The notes beneath the pieces were generated by a model. The model saw only the letters and a list, made by a program, of their open reading frames with translations. It was not told where the DNA came from and made no database searches. A program made the translations under genes and the position numbers. This document shows positions 1-8,502 of a DNA stretch of 64,000 nucleotides, in pieces; within the stretch, counting starts at the first letter, position 1, and every line of letters begins with the position of its first letter. The stretch is from Myxococcota bacterium (GTDB taxonomy: Bacteria; Myxococcota_A; Polyangia; Nannocystales; Nannocystaceae). The stretch is taken from the NCBI GenBank assembly GCA_039028615.1, contig JBCCHT010000042.1:1-64000 (forward strand), read 5' to 3'.

Positions 1-821
1 GAGGGCTGAAGCGAAGCCGCGTAGGATGGAGGGGGCCCGGTCGCGCGGAGGCGGCCGCCGACACCCCTCGCGAAACACTCCGCTGCAACGGCCGCCGAGC
101 ACGTCCGGGGAGGGTTCCAGCCGTCAACAGGCGAGCCGCCCGTTCGAAGATTCTCAGCCCACCGCGAAGCACTCCCCCCCTTCGAACAAGCACCCAGGCC
201 CACATCACCCATCGCCAAGTCTCCGACCCCGGCCAAAGCACCCAGCATCGAAGCAAGCCTCCAATTCACTGCTGAAGCAGAGCGCCACAGTCGTTCGCTC
301 GGGAGACAGCGCGCGGGGAGGGCTGAAGCGAAGCCGCGTAGGATGGAGGGGGCCCGGTCGCGCGGAGGCGGCCGCCGACACCCCTCGCGAAACACTCGGC
401 TGAAACTGCCGCTGAGCACGTCCGGGGAGGGTTCCAGCCGTCAACAGGCGAGCCGCCCATTCGAAGATTCACCACCGTTCTCCAAGCACTCCCCTCCTCG
501 AACAAGCACCCAGGCCCACATCACCCATCGCCAAGGCTTCGACCCCCGCCAAAGCACCCCGCATCGAAGCAAGCCTCCAACTCATTGCTGAAGCAGAGCC
601 CCACAGTCGTTCGAACGGGGGAAGCCGCGCGGGGAGGGCTGAAGCGAAGCCGCGTAGGATGGAGGGGGCCCGGTCGCGCGGAGGCGGCCCCCGACACCCC
701 TCGCAAAACACTCGGTTGCAACGGCCGCTGAGCACGTCCGGGGAGGGTTCCAGCCGTCAACAGGCGAGCCGCCCGTTCGAAGATTCTCAGCCCCCACGCG
801 AAGCACTCCCCTCTTCGAACA
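1..821. repeat. Tandem array of ~317-bp structured REP-like repeat units (about 2.6 copies visible, truncated by window start)
   Basis: GAGGGCTGAAGCGAAGCCGCGTAGGATGGAGGGGGCCCGG recurs at 1, 318 and 634 (periods 317 and 316). Units are near-identical along their full length, with a highly conserved ~130-nt core and a more variable C-rich tail. Confidence 0.95.
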
Positions 822-855
822 CCCCCCTCACCCGACCGACGTGAAGTTCACCCCC

Positions 856-1746
856 TCAGGGCAACAAGTTCCCCACCACCTCGAGCTCACTAAACCCACC
901 ACAAGAGTTGTCCTCATGCCCGGAAAACTCCAACTCGAGCCGAACCCCATCCACCCCCGGATTCACGATCACCGGAGGATCCGGCGTGTTCTCCAGCAAC
1001 TGCATGTGCTGAAACACCACCTGATCCTCCGAGTCATAGACCCGCACGACCACGTTGCCGAACCCAAACCCCGTCTGGAACCCCTGGTTCGCATGCAGCC
1101 CGTTGCCCGTGATCAAGATCTGCGAAAAGCAGATCGGATCCACGACCGACCAGGTGTAGTGCGTCGGCTGCCCCCCCGGCTCGGGCCCGGACGAGAACCA
1201 CGAGGTGGTCAGGTCGTCGTCCACGGACAGGAAGGCATGGAAGTCGTCGTTGAAGGTGGACTCGGCCACCGCGACGCCCATGGGGGTGAGGTCCACGGGA
1301 TCACCGAGACAACCCTTCGGCTCCCCGGTGGTGGTCCCGGGGTCGTCGTCACCCGTGGTGGTGCCCCCGTCGGTGGCGTCATCGACGGGCAGGGTATCCA
1401 CGCCCGTCTCGGTGCTGGAGGGGTCGACGCCGGAAGAGCTGCCTTCGCCTTCGCCCTCACCCGCTTCGCTGCTACCCGCGCTGGGGTCGACGCCGCCGGC
1501 TGGCGCGGGGACGCAGCTGCCGTCGGCGGTGCTCCACGCGGTGACGCAGCCGGGGTCGGCGTAGACGCAGGTCTGCTCCGCTTGCACGCAGATGCCGGGC
1601 GCTCCGTCGAAGACGCAGTCGGTGTCGTCGGCACAGGCAAAGGGGTCGATGGTGAGGCAGCCGGCGAGCACACCGAGGCCGAGGCCGGCCCACAGCTCCC
1701 GCGAGAGGAGGCGCGATCGAAGAGCATTTCGCCAAGCCGAGTGCAT
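856..1746 (-). CDS. Lipoprotein with Cys-rich N-terminal motif, Ser/Thr/Gly/Asp-rich linker and C-terminal discoidin/galactose-binding-like domain
   Basis: ATG at 1746 lies just after the upstream stop (1752). Lipobox GVLAGC, low-complexity linker, then a SVDDDLTTSWFS motif resembling F5/8-type C domains. Confidence 0.65.
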   Translation of the reverse strand: MHSAWRNALRSRLLSRELWAGLGLGVLAGCLTIDPFACADDTDCVFDGAPGICVQAEQTCVYADPGCVTAWSTADGSCVPAPAGGVDPSAGSSEAGEGEGEGSSSGVDPSSTETGVDTLPVDDATDGGTTTGDDDPGTTTGEPKGCLGDPVDLTPMGVAVAESTFNDDFHAFLSVDDDLTTSWFSSGPEPGGQPTHYTWSVVDPICFSQILITGNGLHANQGFQTGFGFGNVVVRVYDSEDQVVFQHMQLLENTPDPPVIVNPGVDGVRLELEFSGHEDNSCGGFSELEVVGNLLP

Positions 1747-1751
1747 CGTTC

Positions 1752-2534
1752 TCAGAACCTCAATCGTACGCCAATGCTGGTGCCGCCGATCAACGGAGTG
1801 ACTCGAGCGGACTTTGCGGCCTGGTCGCCCGAGGACGACTTGCGCGCGACGAGGGCGTAGCGCACAGCCCCGCCAACGGCCAGCACTGCGCCGATCCCCA
1901 GCACCACGACGCCCGCGGTGTTGAGCCGCTGCGCTTCGGCGCTCTGCGCGAGGTAGTCGTCCTCGACGGCGGCATTGGGGGCTTCGTTGGCGCGGTTGCG
2001 GGCGACGCCCATGAGCACACCGCCGCCGATGATCCCCGCGACGCCACTGCCGGCCAGGACCCCGCCGACGGTGTCGGTGTACCAGGGGCGCTGCGGCTCG
2101 TCGTCGATGGGCTCGACGGGCTCTTCGATGCCGGGCTCTTCGACGCCGGGCTCCTCGGTGGCGGGAGGCGGCTCGGGCAGCTCGGCCTCGCAGTCGAGGA
2201 GGTTGGCCTCGGTGAGCCGCCGCTGCTCGTCGGAGGGGTTGGTGTCGAGGAAGCGCCGATACAGGGCCACGGCCCGCTCGCAGCTGCCGGCCAGGCGCTC
2301 GGCCTGGGCCCACGCGTACAGGAGCATGGGGTTGGGCTCGAGGGCGTAGGCGGCCTTGAGCTCCGGGATGGCCGCGGGGAAGTTCTGCTCGTTGAAGTGC
2401 TCCTGCGCCCGCTGGAAGTGGGCGCGCGCTTCTTCGTTCTTCAGCACGCCCGGCGCGGCATGGGCCATGGAGCCGGTGGTCAGCAGTAGGGCCGCGACCA
2501 CGGCGGCGAGTCCTCGGCGATACGGAGCGCTCAT
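1752..2534 (-). CDS. Secreted/membrane TPR protein (myxobacterial kinase-associated type)
   Basis: Signal peptide ending AHA, TPR-like helices (ARAHFQRAQEHF...AYALEPNPMLLYAWAQAERLAG), Pro/Glu linker and two hydrophobic C-terminal segments. Overlaps the kinase stop codon. Confidence 0.75.
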   Translation of the reverse strand: MSAPYRRGLAAVVAALLLTTGSMAHAAPGVLKNEEARAHFQRAQEHFNEQNFPAAIPELKAAYALEPNPMLLYAWAQAERLAGSCERAVALYRRFLDTNPSDEQRRLTEANLLDCEAELPEPPPATEEPGVEEPGIEEPVEPIDDEPQRPWYTDTVGGVLAGSGVAGIIGGGVLMGVARNRANEAPNAAVEDDYLAQSAEAQRLNTAGVVVLGIGAVLAVGGAVRYALVARKSSSGDQAAKSARVTPLIGGTSIGVRLRF

Positions 2535-4249
2535 TCCAGGATGGGCAGCAGCGTATCGGTCGGGGAGGTCTTTTTGGAAGGAGGATCCGGCTGAGGCGCG
2601 GGCTTGGGCTCGGCCGGCGCCGGGGTGGAGGCGGGCCGTTTCTTCTTCTTGGCCTTGGTACGACGTCCGCTGGGGGCCGCAGGCGCGGGTTCGGCCGGCT
2701 GCGCGGGGGCAGCAGGGGTTCCGGCCGCGGGCGGTACGGCTGCGGGGTTCGCAACCGGGGGCGCCGGCTGAGCGGGGGCGGTCGCGGGGGGAGGCGCGGT
2801 CGCCGCGGGAGGCGGAGGCTGGGGGGTCGCCGCGGGTTCGGTGGCGGGCGCGGCCGGGGCCGCGGGGGCCGGGTTGGGGTTCTTGCTGGCGTTCCAGACC
2901 ATGGCCCCGACGCCGATGGCGACCAGCAACGCGATGATCGCGAGGCCGGCCGAGAACATCATGAGCCGCGAGGAGTTGGGCGAGGGCGGTGCGGTGGCGG
3001 GCCAGCCTCCACTCGGGTTGGTGGCGCCCACGGGGGGAGCGACGGTGGGCGGCAGGCCGGGCGTGGAGGCACCCGCCGCGGCCATGGTGCCCCCGGCGGG
3101 CGGGGCCTGGACGGCTCCGGGCACGACGGGCACGCGGGCGGCCGGGTTGCTGCCCGGGGAGCTGGCGGCGGTGCCGGGGGCCGACCAGGAGCCGGCCCCG
3201 GTGAACCCGGTGCCGTCGGCGAGGGTGATGTCGCGTTGGTGGGGTGGCCGCGGCTCGGTGGAGCTGGCCCAGAACTCGGCTTCGTCGCGCGGGTGGGTGG
3301 GGACGTCGACGGTATTCTGGACGAAGGCGGCGAGGGCCTCGGTGGACAGGGTGAGGTCGACGGAGGCGGCGAACTCTTCGAGGTCGTGCTGGAGCTGCAG
3401 CGCGGTGTCGTAGCGCTCGCTGGACTCTCGCGAGACGCCGCGCAGGACGATCTTCTCGAGCGCGGCGGGGTAGCCCGGGCTCGTCTCGCGGGGCTGGAGC
3501 CGCGGCCGATGCAGGATGTTGTACATGACGGCGAGGTCGTTATCGCCGCCGAACAACCGCTGCATGGTGGTCAGCTCGAACAGCACGGTGGCGATGGCGA
3601 ACACGTCGGCCCGGCGATCGACCGTCTCCCCCGTGGCCTGCTCGGGCGACATGTACGAGAGCTTGCCCTTGCGAGTGCCCTCTTCGGTGAGGCGGGTCAT
3701 CGCCATCGCCTTGGCCACACCGAAGTCGGTGATCTTCACCCCGCCGTCGAAGGACAGCAGCACGTTCGATGGCGAGACGTCGCGGTGCACGATGCCGAGC
3801 GGGTGACCCTTGGGGTCGCAGGCCTCGTGGGCGTAGTGCAGGCCCGCGCACAGGCCCACCGCGATGGTCAGCGCATGGGCCAGCGGCAAGGCGCCACCCC
3901 GGCCACGCAGCCGGTCGAGGAGCACGGCGAGATCGATTCCGTGCACGTACTCCATGGTGAAGAAGCAGTGCCCGGCCCCGAGGTCGCCCGCGTCGTAGAC
4001 CTCGACGATGTTCGGGTGGCGGAGCATGGAGGCCAAACGGGCCTCGCGGGCGAACATCCGCACGAAGTTGTCGCTGCTCGAAAACTGCGGCAGGACCCGC
4101 TTGAGCACGACGACGTCGTGCGAACGGGCCGGATCGGTATGCGTGGCCAGGTACAGCTCGGCCATACCTCCCTGTGCCAACCATCGCCGTAAGACGAATT
4201 CGCCCACCCGATGAGCGGTGGGTTCGGGGCTGGCACCGGCCGCAGGCAT
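2531..4249 (-). CDS. Membrane Ser/Thr protein kinase with Pro/Ala-rich extracytoplasmic tail
   Basis: Motifs LAQGGMAELY, VVLKR, HRDVSPSN, DFG and GKLSYMSPEQ. One TM segment (AGLAIIALLVAIGVGAMVW). Confidence 0.95.
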   Translation of the reverse strand: MPAAGASPEPTAHRVGEFVLRRWLAQGGMAELYLATHTDPARSHDVVVLKRVLPQFSSSDNFVRMFAREARLASMLRHPNIVEVYDAGDLGAGHCFFTMEYVHGIDLAVLLDRLRGRGGALPLAHALTIAVGLCAGLHYAHEACDPKGHPLGIVHRDVSPSNVLLSFDGGVKITDFGVAKAMAMTRLTEEGTRKGKLSYMSPEQATGETVDRRADVFAIATVLFELTTMQRLFGGDNDLAVMYNILHRPRLQPRETSPGYPAALEKIVLRGVSRESSERYDTALQLQHDLEEFAASVDLTLSTEALAAFVQNTVDVPTHPRDEAEFWASSTEPRPPHQRDITLADGTGFTGAGSWSAPGTAASSPGSNPAARVPVVPGAVQAPPAGGTMAAAGASTPGLPPTVAPPVGATNPSGGWPATAPPSPNSSRLMMFSAGLAIIALLVAIGVGAMVWNASKNPNPAPAAPAAPATEPAATPQPPPPAATAPPPATAPAQPAPPVANPAAVPPAAGTPAAPAQPAEPAPAAPSGRRTKAKKKKRPASTPAPAEPKPAPQPDPPSKKTSPTDTLLPILE

Positions 4250-4315
4250 CAGGAACGCTCCCGCGGGATCCTACCTGGCTAGGTAAGGCGGCGTCGACCT
4301 CGGCTACACTCGGGG

Positions 4316-5341
4316 ATGATGGCCGCCCCCGCCGCTGATGCAACTTCCCATCACCTGTATCCATTCGAGCAGGGTAGTGGCCGAAATGAGAACCACCGCG
4401 GATCGAATGCCGCGCGCGAGCAGACGTGGATCTTTTGGCGACGGATGGGGGGCGCCGACCAACAGCTCGCCTGGATCGAGGCCAACGACAGTAAGGGGAA
4501 TGCCCTGCTGCGGCGCTACATGACCGATGGACCGTTGTCGATCCAGTGGTACGAGGACAAGCGCCCGGAGCTGTTGCGCAAGCAGCGGCGCTACAACGCG
4601 CTGATCATCATCGTCGCCATCGTGGTGTTCGTACTGGCGCTGATGCTGCCCTTTGCTCCACTCGTGGTGGCGGCCATCGGTGACCTCGATGCGTCGGACG
4701 TCGCGGAGAGCACGGGGCTCATCGACATGGCGGCACTGGTCGGCGTGATCAGTACCGGGGCCATGGTCGCGTTGCGGATCTCGTCGCACGTCGTCCGCCA
4801 TCGACAGCAAGCGGCGGTCTTCCACGAGGCGAGCGCCAACCTCAAGGCACAGCTGTACGAGCTCGAAGACGAGTGGCGCGGCTGCCAGCTGGTCGACGTG
4901 CACAACGAAGACCCGGAAGGCACGCGCCTCGATCCCGAGTTCGAGTCCGCGCTGCGCCGAGCCATTCGCGACGCCCAGGCCGTGCTCTCCCGCGAGCGTC
5001 AGGCGTACTTCGAGACCTTCCGCATCGACGTCCAGACCCTCGCCGATCAGCACGAAGCCGCGGTCGATGCGGTGGCCAACCGGGCGGTGCTGCGCTCGGA
5101 CTCGCGTCACGAGCACGAGCAATCGCGCCAGGCCCTCGAGGGTCAGGTTTCCGCTGCCAAGCTCGACCACGAGACGGCGGCGGCCAAGCTGAAGATCCTC
5201 GAAGACGAGTTCAAGGAGGCCGACGAAGACTCGAAGTTCGAGCTGCGCGCGTTCCTACGGGATCAACGGATGGCGGCAGAAGAAGCACGTCGGCGATACG
5301 AACACCTCTCCGCGCTGCACAAAGAGCGCTTCGGAAGCTGA
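4316..5341 (+). CDS. SLATT/DUF4231-like two-TM protein with C-terminal coiled coil (start uncertain)
   Basis: WYEDK...RRYNAL precedes TM1; TM2 is followed by FHEASANLKAQLYEL, a SLATT-like pattern; the tail is long, charged and helical. Confidence 0.55.
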   Translation: MMAAPAADATSHHLYPFEQGSGRNENHRGSNAAREQTWIFWRRMGGADQQLAWIEANDSKGNALLRRYMTDGPLSIQWYEDKRPELLRKQRRYNALIIIVAIVVFVLALMLPFAPLVVAAIGDLDASDVAESTGLIDMAALVGVISTGAMVALRISSHVVRHRQQAAVFHEASANLKAQLYELEDEWRGCQLVDVHNEDPEGTRLDPEFESALRRAIRDAQAVLSRERQAYFETFRIDVQTLADQHEAAVDAVANRAVLRSDSRHEHEQSRQALEGQVSAAKLDHETAAAKLKILEDEFKEADEDSKFELRAFLRDQRMAAEEARRRYEHLSALHKERFGS

Positions 5342-5396
5342 GCGGCTCTCGTCGCGCTCACGGACTCGGCCCGCAGGTGCGTGGTATGAGCAGCGG

Positions 5397-6542
5397 ATGC
5401 TCTGCCTTGGACATTCGTCGCGCCTGTTGATGCTGGGTCTCTCCGCCTGCTTGGGGCTGGCCGCCTGCGGGGACGACGACGCCTCGGGCTCTGCCACTGC
5501 AGGGAACGACGCGGAGTCCTCGGGGACCGGCTCGACCCCCACCGGGATCGTCCCGGGGACCTCGTCGGACACCAGCGGCGGCGAAGTGATGACCTCCGCC
5601 GCCGACTCCACGGGCGAGGGCGGCAGCACGACCATGGCCGAGGGAGAGACCACCGAGGGCGGCGTGCCCACGGTGAGCAAGAGCCTGATGATCGCGGTCG
5701 ATGGCCTGCGGGGCGACGCGCTCGAGTCCGCCAACACCCCGGCCTTCGACTCGCTCATCGACGGGACCTGGCAGCCCAACTACAACGGGGCCTACACGGC
5801 CGAGGCCCAGTGCCTCACCGACGCCAACTCGGTCAGCGGCCCCAACCATTGGTCGATCATGACCGGGGCCACGGGGTCGCAGCACGGCGTGACCGGCAAC
5901 GGCGACGTCGGGGCGGGCGACGGCGAGAACTTCCCCCACTACCTGAGCCTGCTCGAGCGCGACAACGCGGAGCTCAACACCGCCTACCTGTTCACCTGGA
6001 CCCCGGACGTCTTCATCCCCTGCGAAGCCGACTACATCTTCGACGGGGGCGACGACGACAACGCCGGGCGTGCCGCGGGGATCTTGTCGGGCACCTACGA
6101 AGACCTCGAGGGCACGCTGGAGACCGCGTGGCCCATGGGCACCGACGTCGATGCGATGTTCCTGTTCCTCGACGACGTCGACGGAGCGGGTCACGGCAAC
6201 GGCTTCGCCCCCGACTCGCCGAACTATGTCTCGGCCATCGAAGAGGTCGACGGTCAGCTCGGGCAGATCCTCACCGCGATCCAGTCCCGGCCCAGCTTCT
6301 CCGCCGAGTCCTGGCAGATCGTCATCACCACCGACCACGGCGGCATCGGCTTCAACCACGGTGGCATGACACCCGAAGAGCTGACCATTCCCTTCATCGT
6401 GGCCGGGCTGGATGTGGAGCAAGGGGAGCTGCCCGCGGCCATCGAAGAGGGCGGGACGCGGAACTTCGACACCGTGCCCACCGCGCTGCAGCACATGGGC
6501 GTCGAGATCCCCGCGATGCTCACCGGGCTCCCGCGCGGCTGA
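5397..6542 (+). CDS. Alkaline phosphatase superfamily (nucleotide pyrophosphatase/phosphodiesterase) lipoprotein
   Basis: Lipobox GLAAC and motifs IAVDGLR, SVSGPNHWSIMTG, DDVDGAGH and TTDHGG. Confidence 0.85.
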   Translation: MLCLGHSSRLLMLGLSACLGLAACGDDDASGSATAGNDAESSGTGSTPTGIVPGTSSDTSGGEVMTSAADSTGEGGSTTMAEGETTEGGVPTVSKSLMIAVDGLRGDALESANTPAFDSLIDGTWQPNYNGAYTAEAQCLTDANSVSGPNHWSIMTGATGSQHGVTGNGDVGAGDGENFPHYLSLLERDNAELNTAYLFTWTPDVFIPCEADYIFDGGDDDNAGRAAGILSGTYEDLEGTLETAWPMGTDVDAMFLFLDDVDGAGHGNGFAPDSPNYVSAIEEVDGQLGQILTAIQSRPSFSAESWQIVITTDHGGIGFNHGGMTPEELTIPFIVAGLDVEQGELPAAIEEGGTRNFDTVPTALQHMGVEIPAMLTGLPRG

Positions 6543-6775
6543 CCGCGACGTAGGCCTCCCTACGAACCAACGGTCGACGAGGGCACCGAATCCTCGTCGG
6601 CGATTCTTGCCGATGATGGGTGAAGCGGCGGAAAAACCGCTCCCGTAGGCCGAGATGCGTCCGCTTTTTGGCCAATCCGAGGGCCTGCTCACAACTTACC
6701 GGCTCTGAAGCCCGGTTCGGCCTTGAGCCCGGGGCCGCCGGATCCGACACTCTCCCCGTGCTAGGCGCAGTTGTC

Positions 6776-7600
6776 ATGGACGGCACGATGTACGGACTCA
6801 GCGGGCTCCAGCTATGGGGCCTGATGGTGACCGTCGCCGGGCTGGGTGGCTTGGTGATCTACTTTGGCTTGGGAACCTGGCTTTATCGTCGCTACTACAT
6901 CAACCGGCGCGACGAAGCGACGGAGTGGAAGATCCAGCACAAGCGCTGGCAGCCGGACAACAAGCATCGCTGGGGCATCCGCGTGGCCGCGGGCAACATG
7001 CTCATCGGCGGGCTGATCTCGGGGAGCTTCGCGTTTTACGTCATCAACGGCGGCTACTCGGCGCTGTACTTCGACACGGAGACCTACGGGGTCGTCTGGA
7101 CGATCGTCAGCACGGTCCTGATGTTCCTGGCGATGGAGGCGATGGCCTACTACACGCATCGCATGCTGCACGGGAAGTGGATCTTCCGCTACGTGCACCG
7201 CTGGCATCACCGCTGCGTGGCCACCACGCCCTACAACACGGTCACGATGCACCCGGCCGAGTTCATCATCCTGCAGACGGTGACCTTCCTGCCGATCTTC
7301 GTCCTGCCCGTGCACTACGTGGTGTTCATGGCGCTGCTGGTCTACGTGCTGGTGTTCAACATCCTCGACCACTCGGGGATCAAGATGTCGCACTGGCTGC
7401 CCTGGCACTCGACCAGCCACTTCCACGACGACCACCACGTCTACTTCCACTGCAACTTCGGCCAGAACCTCGCGTTCTTCGACAAGTTCCACGGCACGCA
7501 CCGCCGCGAGAACCGGCGCTACGGCGAGAACGTGTACGGGGGCAAGGGCGCGCCCGTGGACGCGGCCGACCGCAAGCTGCCCGACTTCGTCGAGTACTGA
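6776..7600 (+). CDS. Sterol desaturase / fatty acid hydroxylase family membrane di-iron enzyme
   Basis: His boxes HRMLH, HRWHH, DHSG and HDDHH, a CNFG motif and multiple TM segments. Confidence 0.9.
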   Translation: MDGTMYGLSGLQLWGLMVTVAGLGGLVIYFGLGTWLYRRYYINRRDEATEWKIQHKRWQPDNKHRWGIRVAAGNMLIGGLISGSFAFYVINGGYSALYFDTETYGVVWTIVSTVLMFLAMEAMAYYTHRMLHGKWIFRYVHRWHHRCVATTPYNTVTMHPAEFIILQTVTFLPIFVLPVHYVVFMALLVYVLVFNILDHSGIKMSHWLPWHSTSHFHDDHHVYFHCNFGQNLAFFDKFHGTHRRENRRYGENVYGGKGAPVDAADRKLPDFVEY

Positions 7601-7651
7601 GCGCAAGACCCTGCCACCGCCCGAAACGAGCGGCGGCAGCGGGGATGCGGG

Positions 7652-8323
7652 CTACTCCACCTCGCACTCCAGGTACCACTTGTTGTCGCAGTGGGTGCCG
7701 TTGCACCACACGCCCTGGATCGCGGCGTTGAAGGGGGCGTAGTACGGGCTCTGCTCTTCGGAATACGGGCCCTGCCACGCGCATCGGTTGGTGTTCAGCC
7801 CCGGGGCGGGGGTGCACTCGATGGACAGGTCGTCGCAGAAATTCCCGAAGCAGTCGACGCCGGTCATCTTCTCGCCCGAGGGGCATACGTGGCCGCGCTT
7901 GACCGAGCCGGGGGCGCCGGGGCCCGGGCTGTGCTCGCGCTCGAACCGGAGCGACCAGGTGCCGTCGTCGTCGACCGTCGTGCCGAAGTCGTGGCACTCG
8001 ATCCTCACGTTGTCGCAGTACGAGCCGCTGCAATCGAAGCCGGTCACCACCTGGCCCTCGGGGCACTCGGAGCCTCCGCCGTTTTCTTCGGAGTGCCACG
8101 GCAGGAACGCCCACGCCGAAGGGTCGGGCCGAGCTGCGATCTCGTCCGGCCGATCGGCATCGTCGAACAGGCCCTCGCCCGTGCTGGCTTCGGGCTCGGG
8201 GTCGGTCTCGTCGGCGAGCCCATCCTCGGGCCCGGGTCCTTGGGCGGGGTCGCACGCGAGACCGACGGCCGCGAGCACGAGGGTGGAACACAACGGAATG
8301 ATGAGCTTGGGGGATGCAATCAT
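7652..8323 (-). CDS. Hypothetical lipoprotein with three Cys-rich internal repeats
   Basis: Lipobox VGLAC, then three G-x2-C-x-G-x2-CD-x(5-6)-C repeats. Confidence 0.75.
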   Translation of the reverse strand: MIASPKLIIPLCSTLVLAAVGLACDPAQGPGPEDGLADETDPEPEASTGEGLFDDADRPDEIAARPDPSAWAFLPWHSEENGGGSECPEGQVVTGFDCSGSYCDNVRIECHDFGTTVDDDGTWSLRFEREHSPGPGAPGSVKRGHVCPSGEKMTGVDCFGNFCDDLSIECTPAPGLNTNRCAWQGPYSEEQSPYYAPFNAAIQGVWCNGTHCDNKWYLECEVE

Positions 8324-8502
8324 GGAACGATTCCTCGTGCTCCTCCGAGCCGAGCACGCCATACGGGCGCGCCGCTCGGGGGAAGCGTTGGCGGTAGTAG
8401 CGGGACTCCACCCATCGTTCCCGACTTCGTGACGTTTTCTTCTCGACCGACGGCGAGCCCGCCATCCCCTCCCGGCTGCCCGGTCGCTACCATGCGGCAG
8501 CC

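Noticed and set aside
1..821. CRISPR array
   Set aside because: Units are ~317 bp and similar along their entire length. There are no unique spacers and no cas genes in the window.
26..844. Short ORFs starting MEGARSRGGG (also embedded near 59470)
   Set aside because: They are translations of the repeat. Lengths and frames differ between copies because of indels, so conservation is at nucleotide level.
1747..2754. N-terminal half of the 632-aa ORF 856..2754
   Set aside because: It is an Arg/Pro-rich off-frame read through the TPR and kinase genes. Only the part from ATG 1746 looks like a real protein.
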